A stretch of 64,000 nucleotides of DNA from the human T2T-CHM13v2.0 reference genome, Homo sapiens: assembly GCF_009914755.1 (NCBI RefSeq), contig NC_060926.1; one strand, given 5' to 3'. Both the position numbers and the translations under genes were made by a program. The notes beneath the pieces are model-generated. The model was not told where the DNA came from, did no database searches, and was given only the letters and a program-made list of their open reading frames with translations. Every line of letters begins with the position of its first letter. Position 1 is the first letter of the stretch. Of the stretch, positions 11,725 to 25,075 are shown piece by piece.

Positions 11725-12029
11725 GGCTGGACACAGTGGCTCACAGCTGTAAACCCAGCCCTTTGGGAGGCTGAGGCGGGCAGATCACTTGAGGTCAGGA
11801 GTTCGAGACCAGCCTGGACAACATGGTGAAACCCCATCTCTGCCTAAAAATAAAAATCAGCTGGGTGTAGCACGAGACTATAGTCCCAGCTACTCAGGAG
11901 GCTTAGGTGGGAGAATTGCTTGAAACCCAGTGGGCAGAGACTGCAGTGAACTGAGATTGCCCCACTGCACTCCAACCTGGGTGACAGAGTGAGACCTTGT
12001 CTCAAAAAAAAAAAAAAAAGAAAAGAAAA
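11725..12029 (+). mobile_element. Alu (Jb/Sz-like)
   Basis: Full dimer with A tail. Confidence 0.95.
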
Positions 12030-13180
12030 ATTAAAAAGCATTCTAGGCAAACCTTACAGTTATTGCTCTATGTATTCTTTTCTATTTCTATTATTTATGG
12101 GTTGGGAAAAAAAACTTTCTAAGACATGAAGTGCTCTAAAATCTAGTGTTCTATAGAATTCCCCTTAGCAGAGATTAAATCCTCTTTTCTCATTAGAAGT
12201 AATATTTCATTGTTTAATGTTATGGGATATTTTATTGAGTTATTTATGAACAGTGAAATGCATAGAGTTTAACTGGATAGTTCAGGAAGTTTTTAAAAAT
12301 ATAAACATATGTGTAACCCAAATCCCTATCAAAGTACAGAACTCTTCAACCCAGAAAATTCCTTAGTATACCCTTCCACTGAACCCCTGCTGCAGTTCTG
12401 ATTTCTTACACCAATGGCTAGCTTTGCCTGTTCTAGCATGTATTCTTCTATGTCTGCATTTCTACACTTACCATGTTTTCGAAATTCATCCACGCCATTG
12501 CTTGTGTCGGTGGTATATTCATTTTTATTAGTCAGTGGAATTCACTGAATATTCCACGATTATTTTACCTGTTCTCCTATTGGTAGATTTTCTTTCTAGT
12601 TTGGGGCTATTTTGAATAAAGCTACTTCATGCATTCTTTCTTTTTTAATAGCTTTATTAAAATAAAAGTGACACACCATACATTTCATCCATTTAACGGG
12701 GAATTTGCACCCAGTGTGCAATCCAGTGGTTTTCAGCATATTCAGAGGTGTGCAATCATCACTACAATCAAGTTTAGAACACTTCACTCTTCCAGAAGAA
12801 ACCTCATACCTATTAGCAGTCACTTCCCATTCCCTTCCCCAATACCTCCACCAAATTCCCACTGCCCCGGGTCCTTGTAATCACTAACCTACTTTCTGTC
12901 TCTATAGCTTTACCTATTTTGGATACCTAATATACATGTAATCATAAAATATGTAATCTTTTGTGACTGGGTTATTTCACTTAGCAAAATGTTTTCAAGC
13001 TTCCCCCATGTTATAGCATGTATCAGTACTTCATTCCTTTTTGTGATCATGTAATATTCCATTATCTGGATATAACACATTTTATTTGTCTATTCATCCT
13101 CAAATATAGAATATTTTGTGCTCCAAGTTTTGACTATTCTGAATAAAGCTGCTATGAACAATTGCCTACAAGGTTTTCTT

Positions 13181-13308
13181 TTTAAAAAAATTTTTTTTAA
13201 TTTTTTATTTCCATAGGTTATTGGGGAACAGGTGGTGTTTAGTCACATGAGTAAGTTGTTTTGTGGTGATTTGTGAGATTTTGGTGCACCCATCACCCAA
13301 GCAGTATA
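13181..13308 (-). mobile_element. L1PB 3' tip
   Basis: TTTTATTTCCATAGGTTATTGGGGAACAGGTGGTG...GGTGCACCCATCACCC; flanked by CAAGGTTTTCT/CAAGTTTTTCT. Confidence 0.75.
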
Positions 13309-15238
13309 CAAGTTTTTCTGTGGAACTGTCTTCTTATTTCTCTTGAAAAGATACCTAAAAGCAGAACTACTAGGTCATATGGTAACCCTATGTTTAACAT
13401 TTTTGGGAACCACCAGACTCTTTTCCAAAGTGGCTGCACCATTTCACATTCCCACCAGCGATGTAAAATGGTACCAATTTATCCATAATTTTGTTATTGT
13501 CTGTCTTTTTTATTATAGCCACCCTATTGGGCATGAAATTGTATCTTATCATGGTTTTCATTTGCACTTTCCCTAATGACTAATGATATTGAGCATCTTT
13601 TCATGTCTGTTAGCCATGTGCACATGGTCTTTGAAAATACATCTATTCAGATCCTTTGCCCACTTTTAATTGGGTTACTTACGTTTTCATTATTGTTTTG
13701 TAAGAGTTCTTTATACATTCTGTACAAAAATCCCATATCAAATATATGATTTGGAAATTGCATAGTCTATGGGTTGTCTTTTTACCTTAATAGCATTTAA
13801 GCAAAAAAGCTATTAATTGTGGTGAATCCAATTTATCTATATTATTGTTGTTGCTTGTACTTTTGCTGTCATAACTCAGAAACCATTTCCTAACTGAAGC
13901 TTATAAATATTTACTCCTCTTTTCATCTAAAGGTTTTATCCTTTTGATCCTTACATTTAGGCTGGTGAGCCATTTTGAGTTAATTTTTGTGTATGGGTTG
14001 AGGCAGCCAATTAATTTCTTCTGCCTGTGGATATCTCGTTTCCCAGAATCACTTAATACGATTCTTTCCCCCACTGAATGATTTGGGTACCTTTGTTGAA
14101 ATTAGTTGACTAAAAATGTAAGGGTTTATTTCTGGACTCTCAATTCTATTCTGTTAATCTATGTGCCCATAATTATTCTAGTATCACACTATGTTGATTA
14201 CTATAACTTTACAGTAAGTGTTGAAATCATGAAACATGAGTACTCCAACTTTGTTCTTCTTTTTCAAGATTGCTTTGGCTATTCTGGGTCCCTTAAGTCT
14301 CCATACAAATTTGGATTATCTTGTCAATTTCTGTCCCCCAAAACAGCAGCTGGGATTTGATTAGGTTCCATTGAATCTGCAGAAGAATATTGCCATTTTA
14401 TAAAATTTAAGTCTTTCACTTTTTTTACCATGGATGTCTATTTATTTGGATCTCTTAAAATTCCTTTCAACAATGTGTGGTAGTATTTAAAGTATAAGTC
14501 TTAAACTTCTTTTGTTAAATTTATTCGTAAGCATTTTATTCCATTTTATAGTATTGTAAACGGAATATATTCATTTCATTTTCAGATTGTTCATTGCCAG
14601 TACATAAAAATACGGTTGATTTTTGCATCTTGATCTTTTAGCTCACAACCTTGCTAAACTTGTTTATTAGTTCTAATAGTTTTTTAGTGAGGTTTTTAGT
14701 ATACTCTGTCTATAATATCATATCATCTGCAAACAAATAGTCTTATTTCTTCCTTTCCAATATGGATATTAGGTGCATTTTGTTTGCACAAGTCTATTTC
14801 TGGGGATATACTTTTGTTTTTCTTAAGTACTTAAAAGTGGATTGCTAGGGCATAGGGTGTCGTTAACTTTATAAGAGGCTGCTAAACTAGTTTCCAAAAT
14901 GTGTTCTATTTTGTTTTGTTTTCATTTTATATCTACAATGTATAAGAGTTCTTGTTGCTCCACATGCTCCCCAACATTTGGCATTGTCTTTTATGCTGCT
15001 GTTAGCCATCTCAACATTAGTGTGCATCAGTGTGTGGTGATATATCATAGTGATTTTAGTTTAGATTTCTCTGATGATCAATAATGCTAAACACTTTTCC
15101 ATGGACTAATTGGCGATTTGCTTAGCTTTCTTGGTGAAGTGTCTATTTAAATCTTTCATCTATTTTTTGGGAGGATTGGAAATATTCTTGTTATTAAATT
15201 ATAAATTGTTTATGTAATCAAAATAAAAATTTTTTTCA

Positions 15239-15669
<431 letters not shown>

Positions 15670-16443
15670 TTAGTGCTTTCTGAGTTCTGTCAAGAAAACT
15701 TCTAGGTCATCAAATATTCTTCCATGTTTTATTTTATAACCCTTATAGCTTTGCACTTCATGTTTAGGTTTATGATTCATATCAAATTAATTCTTATAAA
15801 TGGTATGATATAGGAATTGTGGTTTTTTTTCCATACAGATATCCAGTTCTTCCCTATTTGTTGAAAAATTGTCCTTTCCTCCACTGAATTAATTTGGTGG
15901 CTTTGTCAAGAGTCATTATAGCACAAATTCAAGATTCTCTGTTTGTCATTGGAACAGATTTCAGTAATATATTTGTTTTTATATCAATACCATCTTGCTT
16001 ATTATAACTTTCTAATAATCTAAAATAAAGTAGTCAAAATACTCAAACTTTGGTGTTTTCTTTCTCTTAGTCTTTTAAAAAATTATATTTTTAATTGACA
16101 CATAATTGTACACATTTATGGGGTACACTGTGACGTTTTGATACATTTATACATTCTGTAATGATCAAATCAAGGTAATTAGCATAACCACCACCCCAAA
16201 AACTTGTCATTTCTTTGTGGTAAAAACATTCAAAATCTTCTCTTTAACTATTTTGAAATATACAGTACATTTTCATTGTATTGTCACCTTACTATGCAAT
16301 AGAACATCAGAATTTATTTCTCCTATGTAACTCTAACTTTATACTCATTGACCAACCTCTTGCCATCCTCCTCATTCTCTCAAAAAACAAATAATCTGAG
16401 TTTTTTCAATGGGCGAAAGATCTAAATAGACATTTTTTTAAAA

Positions 16444-19400
16444 ACTTTTATTTTACGTAAGGTAAACTCGTGTCATGTGGGTTTGTTGTACAGATTATTT
16501 CATTGCCCAGGTATTAAGTCCAGTACACAATAGTTACTTTTCCTGATCCCCTCCCTCCTCTCATTTTCCACCCTCCCACTAGGTCCCAGTGTCTGTTGTT
16601 TCCCTCTATGTGTCCATGTGTTCTCATCATTTAGCTCTCAATTACAAATGAAAACACGCAGTATTTGCTTTTCTATTCCTGAATTAGTTTGCTAAGGATA
16701 AAGGCCTCCAGCTCCATCCCTTTGCAGGGACATGATCTCATTCTTTTTTATAGCTGCGTGTCATTCTATGGTATATATGTACCACATTTTCTTTATCCAG
16801 TCTACCATTGATGGGCAGTTAGGTTGATTCCATGTCTTTGCTATTGTGAATAGTGCTGCAATGAACATTTGTGTGCATGTGTCTTTATGACAGAACAGTT
16901 TATATTCCTTTGGGTATATAAGATACTGCCAAACTAGTTTCCACATTTTGGAAACTGATTCAGCTTTGGAACTTGTTATTGATCTGCTTAAGGATTACAC
17001 ATTTTGGAAATTAGTTTGGCAGCAGCTTATATACCCAAAGGATTATTGGGTCAAATCGTAGTTCTGTTTTTAGGCCTTTGAGGAATCGCCACCCAGCTTT
17101 CCACAATGGTTGAACTAGTTTACACTCCTACCAACAGTGTATAAGTATTCCTTTTTCTCCACAACCTCACCAGAACCTGTTATTTTTTTACTTTTACTAA
17201 TAACCATTCTGGCTGGTGTGAGATGGTGTATCATTGTTGTTTTGATTTGCATTTCTCTACTGATCAGTGATGTTAAGCTTTTTTTCATATGCTTGTTGAC
17301 CACATGTGTGTTTCCTTTTGAAAATGTCTCTTCATGTCCTTTGCCCACTTTCTAATGGGGTTGGGTTTTTTGCTTATAAATTGGTTTAAGTTCCTTATAA
17401 ATGCTAGATATTAGACTTTTGTCAGATGCATAGTTTCCAAAAGTTTTCTCCCATTCTGTAGGTAGTCTGTTTACTTTCTTGATAGTTTCTTTAGCCATGC
17501 AGAGCTCTTAGTTTAATTAGACGCCATTTGTCAATTTTTGCTTTTGTTGCAATTACTTTTGGCGTCTTCCTCATGAAATCTGTTTGTTCCTATGTCCAGG
17601 ATGGTATTGCATAGGTTGTCTTCCAGGGTTTTTATAGTTTTGGGTTTTACATTTAAGTCTTTAATCCATCTCTAGTTAACTTTTTATATGGTATAAGAAA
17701 GAGATCCAGTTCCAATTTTCTGCATACGGCTAGCCAGTTGTCTCAGTACCACTTATTGAACAGGAAGTCCATTCCCCATTGCTTGTTTTTGTCAGCTTTG
17801 TTGCAGATCAGGTGATTGTAGGTGCATGGCTCTATTTCTGGGCCCTCTATTCTGTTCCATTGGTCTATGTGTCTGTTTTTGTACCAGTACCATGCTGTTT
17901 TGATTACTGTAGCCATGTAGTACAGTTTGAAGTTGGGTAGTATGATGCCTCCAGCTCTGTTATTTTTGCTTATAATTGCCTTGGCTAGGCCGGGCGTGGT
18001 GACTCACGCCTGTAATCCCAGCACTTTGGGGGGCCAAGGCAGGTGGATCACAAGGTCAGGAGATCAAGACCATCCTGGCAAACATGGTGAAACCCCATCT
18101 CTACTAAAAATACAAAAAAATTAATCGGGCGTGGTGGTGGGTGCTTGTAGTCCCAGCTACTCAGGAGGCTGAGGCAGGACAGTGGTGTGAACCCAGGAGG
18201 CGGAGCTTGCAGTGAGCCGAGATCACACCACTACACTCCAGCCTGGGAGATAGAGTGAGACTCCATCTCAAAAAAAAAAAAAAAAAAGAAAGAAAGAAGG
18301 AAAGAAAAAAGAAAAAAAGAAAAAAAGAATTGCCTTGGCTATTTGGGCTCCTTTATGTTTCATATGAATTTTAGAATACTTTTTTCTAGTTCTGTGAAGA
18401 ATGTCATTGGCTGTTTGATAGGAATCTATAAATTGCTTTGGGCAGAATGGCCATTTTAACAATATTGATTCTTCCTATCCACAAGCATGAAATCTTTTTC
18501 CATTCATTTGTGTCATCTCTGATTTCTTTAAGCATGGTTTTGTAGTTCTCCCTGTAGAGATCTTTTACCTTACTGGTTAGTTGTATTCCTAGGTATTTTA
18601 TTCTTCTTGAGGCAATTGTGAATAGGACTGCATTTCTGATTTGGCTTTCACCTTGACTGTTGTTGGTGTACAGGAATGCTAGTGATTTTTGTACATTGAC
18701 TTTGTATACTGAGAGTTTGCTGAAGTTTTTTATCAGCTTAAGGAGCTTTTGGACCAATATTATGAGGCTTTCTAGATATATAATTACGTCATCTGCAAAC
18801 AGGGACATTTTAACTTCCACTCTTCCTATTTGGATGCCCTTTATTTCTTTATCTTGCCGCATTGTTCTGGCCAGGACTTTCATTACTATGTTGAATAGAA
18901 GTGGTAAGAGAGGACATCCTTGTCTTATGTAGGTTTTCAAGGAGAATGCTTCCAGCTTTTGGCCATTCAGTATGTTGCCGGCTGTCGGTTTGTCATAGAT
19001 GGCTCTTAGTATTTTGAGGTATGTTCTTTCAATACCTAGTTTATAGAGATGGTTTATTTTTTAATATGAAGTGGTGTTCAATTTTATGAAAAGCCTTTTC
19101 TGCATCTATTGAAATAATCATGCAGTTTTTGTCTTTAGTGCTGTTTACATGATGAATCACATTTATTATTGTGTATGTTGAACCAACCTTGCATCCCAGG
19201 GATAAAATCTACTTGATTGTGGTGGACAAACTTTTTAATGTGCTGTTGGATTCCATTTGCCAGTACTTTGCTGAGGATTTTTGCATCTATGTTCATTGAG
19301 GATATTGGCCTAGAGTTTTATTTTTTTTTATTGCGCCAGGTTTTGGTATCAAGATGATGCTGGCCTCATAGAACGAGTTAGAAGTCCCTCCTCAATTTTT

Positions 19401-19588
19401 TTGAATAGTCTCAGTAGGAATAGTACCAGGTCTTCTTTGTAAATCTAGTAGAATTTGACTACAAATCTGTCTGGTCCTGAGCTTTTAGGGGGTGGCAGGC
19501 TGTTTATTACAGATTCAGTTTCAGAGCTTGTTATTGGTCTTTTCAGGGGTTCATTTTCTTCCTGGCTCAGTCTTGGGAGGATGCAGGA
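16444..19588 (-). mobile_element. L1PA (older subfamily, about PA13-16), 5'-truncated, with RT relic
   Basis: ORF 18404-18940(-) reads [14 protein letters not shown]...[11 protein letters not shown] (L1 ORF2 RT); approximate TSD ACATTT(T/C)TTAAAA at 16430/19589. Confidence 0.9.
17988..18327 (+). mobile_element. AluY/Sc-like element inside L1PA
   Basis: Full dimer, long A/G-rich tail, perfect TSD AATTGCCTTGGCTA (17974-17987/18328-18341). Confidence 0.95.
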
Positions 19589-19825
19589 ACATTTCTTAAA
19601 ATAAGACATACAAATAATCTACAGGGATATGAAAAAAATACACAGCATCACTCATCATCAGGGAAAGGCAAATCAAAACCAAACGGAATATCACCTTACC
19701 CCAGTTAGAATTACTGTTACAAGACAAAACAATGAATGCTGGCGAGGATGTCAGTGAGAAAGTAAATTAGTATAGCCATTATAAACAACATTATGGTGAT
19801 TCCTCAAAAAATTAAAAATAGAACT

Positions 19826-20454
19826 ACCACATATATATCCTAAAGAAAGGAAATCAGTTTATTGAAGAGCTATCTGCACTACAATGTTTATTTCAGCACC
19901 ATTCACAAGCCAAAATATGGGATTGTCTATCAATGAACAAATGGATTTTTTAAATGTGGTATATACCCATTGGAAAATTATTCAGCCATAAGAAGAATGA
20001 ACTCCTGTCATTTTCAGCAACATTAATGGAACTGGAAATCATTATGTTAAGTGAAAGAAGCTAGACACAGAAAGACAAAGATTGCATGTCCTCACTCGTG
20101 AGAGCTAAAAATCTGGATGTCATGCAGGTAGAGAGTGGAATGGTGGTTACTGGAGGCTGAGAATGGAAGGGGGAAATGGAAGATGAAGAGAAGTTGGTTA
20201 ATGGATACAAAAATATAGCTAGATAGAAGAAATAAGTTCTAATATTTGATAGTACAATAGCCAGACTATAGTAAACAATAATTTATTGCATATTTCAAAA
20301 TAGCTAGAAGAGAATTGTAATGTTCCCCACACAAAGAAAAAATAAATGTTTCAGGTGATTAATATCCTATTACCCTTATTTGATCATTACACATTGTATA
20401 CATACACCAAATCATAAGTTCCCCAAAAATATGTACGACTATTATATATCAGTA
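19826..20454 (+). mobile_element. L1MA 3' fragment inserted into another L1MA
   Basis: Complete L1MA 3'UTR ending ...ATTATATATCAGTAAAAA; flanked by AAAAATAGAACT (19814-19825/20455-20466). Confidence 0.7.
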
Positions 20455-20874
20455 AAAAATAGAACTGCTACATGATCCAACAACCCACCACTGAGGATAT
20501 ATTCAAAGGAAATAAAATCAGTATGTAAAAGAGATATCTGCACTCCCATATTTATTGCAGCACTGTTCACAATAGCCAAGATATGGAATCAACCTAAGTG
20601 TCTATCAACAGATGAATGGAATTTTAAAATGTGGTACATATACATAATGAAATGCTATTCAGCTATAAAAAGATTCACAAAAAAATATACATTCCTCCCT
20701 CTACTAGAATGTTACAAAATAAAAGGCTTTTATTTGCAACAACAAGGATGAACCTAGAAGACATTATATTAAGTAAAATAAGCCAAGCACAAATGGACAA
20801 ATACAGCATGATCTCACTCATATGTGGAATCTGAAAAAGTTGATCTGACAGAAAGAGAGTAGAATTATGATTCT

Positions 20875-22230
20875 TAAACTTTGTTTTCTTAAAATAGTTT
20901 TAGATATTCTAGTTTTGTGCATTTAGAAATAAATTTTAGAATTGATTTGTCCGTCTGAACAACAAAACATCTGCTGAGATTTTGACTGAGAATGCATTAA
21001 ATCTAGAAATTAGTTTGTAGATAATTAACATCTTAACACTATAGATTTTTTCCACACCATAAATATAGTGTAACTTTCTACTTATTTAGATATTTATCTC
21101 AAAATTTCATTTTGATATTTATCTCAAAAATTCATATATTTTATTGTAAAGGCTTTGTACATCTTTAATTTATCCCTAAGTATTACATTTTTATTGCTAT
21201 TGTAAATGGAATTAGTGTTTATTTCTTTTTCATTTGTGAAACTTATATTCTAGTAGAGTAAGGAATAAGATAACCATAGCAATATAAATACAATTTAATG
21301 TTGTCTATTTTATTTTTTTAGCTCACTTTTTCTGTGAATAGAGACAATTTTACTTCCTTCTTTCCAATCTTGATGCCTCTTCTATATTTTGCTTTTTGTA
21401 TTGGCTACAACCTTCAATAAATATGGAATCAAAATGATGAGATCACACATCCTTGCTTTTTTCCTGAATTTAGGGGAAATCTTTTGGTCTCCAGTAAGTA
21501 TAATATTAGCCATAAGATTTTCATAGGTGTGCTTCATTAAGTTTCCTTCTATTCCTACTTTTCAGTGTGTTTGTGTATGTTTTTCTTATGAATTGGTGTT
21601 GAACTTTGCCAAGTGATTTTCTTTTGTGAATCTATGAGATGATCACATGATTTTACTCCTACAGTCTTTCAATGTGGTAAATTTTATTAACTAGTTTTTG
21701 AATATTAAACCAATCTTGCATTCATTAGATTAAACCCTCTTGGTCAGGATGCATTATCCACTCAATGTGCTAATATATGGTGAGTTTTTGCATATATAAA
21801 TGAGAAAATGGGTTTGTAATTTTCCTGTCTTGTAATGTTCTCTTCTATTATTGGTAGATACTAGGGCTAAGTTGATCTCTCAAAATGTGTTCTTCTTTTC
21901 TAATTTCTATTTTTCTATTTTCTGTAGGACTCTGTATAATTTTAATATGATTTCTTCCCTAAAGGCCTGGAAGATTCAGTGCAGATTTTTAGTTCCTTGA
22001 TAAGTTACTGCTGTTGGTACTCCACTTCCCTGTGCCATAATCAAAAAAGTGACCCCAGGTAAAAATTGGACTCATCTTATGGGATTATATTCTCTCAGGG
22101 CTCAAAGTCCTGCACTGCCTTTGAAACAGTTGTTTCAGAGATTTTTGTCCAATTTTATAATTGTTGATGGTGGTAGGGCTAGGTTTAGCAGTAGAGCACT
22201 TTGTCACAGCCAGTAGTAGATACTCATCAG
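20875..22230 (-). mobile_element. Old L1M (continuation of the host element)
   Basis: Antisense ORF2 motifs (GACAATTTTACTTCCTTCTTTCCAATC, AAACCAATCTTGCATTC). Confidence 0.65.
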
Positions 22231-23204
22231 GATGTTTGAATTTTTATTAAATTTTTAAAATAATTAATATAATCTCACAGTTTAAAATTGTCAAATGATA
22301 AAGGACGCCCAATCCAATAGTCAAGTTTGTTCAGCATCTATGCCAATCTTCTATACTGCATAGAATAGAAAACTTAGGAGCATTTAAACACACTCTTGAA
22401 GCTTGGGTTCCAGATATGAATTAGATTCTGCCAATTCCATATACTGTTATGAAAATTGCATTTGGAACTAGGACATGTGGAGAGAGATACCATGGGAATT
22501 TTCTTGATGGGAATGGTAGTAGCTGATTTCTAGATTGTAAAATGAAGGTAAGGTATTCCTGTAGCAAACAGTTGCACTCTCAGTTTCTGATCTCTGTATT
22601 GAAACCAAGTTGGTATGATTCTGGAACCACAGTGGAGTCTAAAGTTATCTAATTCCCAATTTCCCGATAGTCCAAGACATAATATTTCCCTTAGGTGCTC
22701 TCCTGGGAGTTTCACCTGGAAGCCTAGTCTAGAGTTTATCTGTATTTTTTAAATGTTGATTATCTGCAGAAAGCCCAAGATAATAGCCTGATTTCTCCTC
22801 AGGTTGTTCTTCCACATCTCGTTCCTGTGCTGTATGTCTGAAATAAGTAAAGAATATAATAAATCAGGTAAGAAATATTGATTTGCCTCTAATTTTACAA
22901 AAATTGCTGAGGACTATCATTTCATATGCCTGATTTGTCAAGTTCATGACATAGAAAAAAATGTAAGAATTATGACAAGTCTAGGTCCTCGAGACCTCTC
23001 CCAAACTTACAAATGGGTTTAATATTCTAAGGTAAATTGATATGGCTATTATCAAGTGATACTGTGTGTCATCTCTGCATTCACAGAACACCATCCTTAC
23101 AGGAAAGGTGGTTTTATTGCAATGACAAAAAGATCACCTGTTTCTGTTTCTATTATACTAAACCACCTCACAGATCAGATTAGGGGAAAAAAGTGAGTCC
23201 ATTC

Positions 23205-25075
23205 TTTTTTAATTGGTATATCATAATTGTACGTATTTTGGGGGTACATGTTATATTTGATACAGGTATGCAGGGTATAATGATCAAATCAGGGTAATTG
23301 GAATATCTATCACCTCAAGCATTTATCTTTGTGTTAGGAACATTGCAATTCTTCTCTTCTAGCTGTTTTGAAAAATATAATAAATGATTTTTAACTACAG
23401 TCTCCCTACTGTACTATAAAATACTAGAACTTATTTATTCTATCTAACATATTTTTGTACCCATTAACCACATTCTCTTCATCGCCCACTCCCCTCTACC
23501 CTTCTCCAGCCTCTGGTAGCCACCAATCTACTCTCTACCTGCATGAGATCCACTTCTTCAGCTCCCACATTTAATGAGAACATGCAGTATTTGTTTTACT
23601 CTGCCTGGTTATTTTACTTAACATAATGATTTTCAGTTCCATCCGTGTTGCTGCAAATCACAGGACTTTATTATTTTAATGGCTGAATAATATTCCATTG
23701 TGTGTATATAACACATTTTTCAAATCCACTCATTTGTTGACAGACATTTCGACATCTTGGCCATTGTGAGTAGTGTTGCAATAAACATGGGAATGCAGAT
23801 AGCTCTTTGATATACTGTTTTCCCTTCTTTTGGATACATAACCAGCAGTGAGAATGCGGGATCATATGGTAGTTTTATTTTTTGCTTTCTGAAGAGCTGC
23901 CATGTTTTCTATAATGACTGTCCTACTTTACATTCCCACCAACAGTGTATAAATGTTCTTTCTTGTCACCCTTGCCAGCATTATTTTTTGTCTTTTTAAT
24001 AATACCCATTTAACTAGGGTGAGATAATATCTCAATGTGGTCTTGATTTGCATTCCCCTGGTGATTAGTGATGTTGAGCATTTTTTCATATACCTTTTGG
24101 CCATTTGTATGTCTTCTTTTCAGAAATGTTTATTCAGGTCTTTTGCCTGTATTTAAATTAGATTTTTGTTGTTATTGTTGTTGTTATTGACTCGTTTGAG
24201 TTCTTTATTCTGGTTATTAATCCCTTGTTGAATGAACAATTTGCAAATATTTTGTCTCATTCTGTAGGTTTTATTTTCACTTTGTTAATTATTTCCTTTG
24301 TTGTACAGAAGCTTTTTAGCTTGATGTAATCCCATTTGTCTATTTTTTTTTTTCTTTTCTTGCCTGTGCTTTTGAGGTCCTACCTAAAAAATCTTTATCC
24401 AGACCATGTCCTATGGCATTTCCCCTGTGTTTTCTTCTAGTAATTTCATAGTTTCAAGTCTTAAATTTAAGTCTTTAATCCATTTTGATTTGATGTTGGT
24501 ATATGGTGAGAGACAAGGGTATGGTTTTACCCTTCTGCATATGGACATCCAGTTTTCCCAGCACCATTTATTAAAGTTCATGTTCTTTCCCCGATGTATG
24601 TTCTTAGTGCCATTGTTGAAAATGAGTTGACTGTAGATGCATGGCTTTATTTCTGGGTTCTTTAATCTGTTTCATTGGTCTATATATCTGTTTTTATGCC
24701 AGTACCATGCTGTTTTGGTTACTATAGCTCTGTAGTACAATTTGGAGTCAGCTGTAGTGTGATTCCTTTAGTTTTGTTCTTTCTGGTCAGGATGGCTTTG
24801 GCTATTCTGACCCTTCTGGTGGTCCTATGTAAGTTTGAGGATTATTTTTTCTATTTATGTGAAGAATGTCATTGGTATTTCAATAGGGGTTGCACTGAGT
24901 CTGTAGACTGCATCCGTGGGATGAATCCTACTTGATCACAGTGAATGATTTTTTTAATGTGCCGTTGAATTTTGTTTGCTAGTATTTTGTGGAGGATTTC
25001 TGCACCTATGTTCATCAGGGATTTTGCCTGTTGTTTTCCTTTTTGGTTGTATCTTTGTCTGGTTTGGGTAATAAG
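23205..25075 (-). mobile_element. L1MA 3' portion with an internal deletion near 24910
   Basis: TTTTTAATTG...ATAATTGTACGTATTTTGGGGGTACATG 3' end; ORF2 antisense jumps at CTGTAGACTGC|ATCCGTGGGATGAATCC. Confidence 0.85.

Larger units (their letters stand above)
16075..20872 (-). mobile_element. L1MA with twin-priming inversion (minus 3' end 16075-16380; plus segment 16381-16432, 19589-19825, 20455-20872), hosting further insertions
   Basis: The plus segment ends at GAGAGTAGAATTATGATT, just upstream in L1MA consensus of where the minus segment begins; degenerate flanks AAACTTTG(GTG)TTTTCT. Confidence 0.65.

Noticed and set aside
18404-18940. 178-aa ORF with reverse transcriptase motifs (also 51370-51807)
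   Set aside because: These are fragments of L1 ORF2 in 5'-truncated, stop-ridden L1PA copies, not an independent gene or novel RT system.
22380-22750. Possible LTR33/ERVL-like relic
   Set aside because: Too diverged to support boundaries or family by eye.
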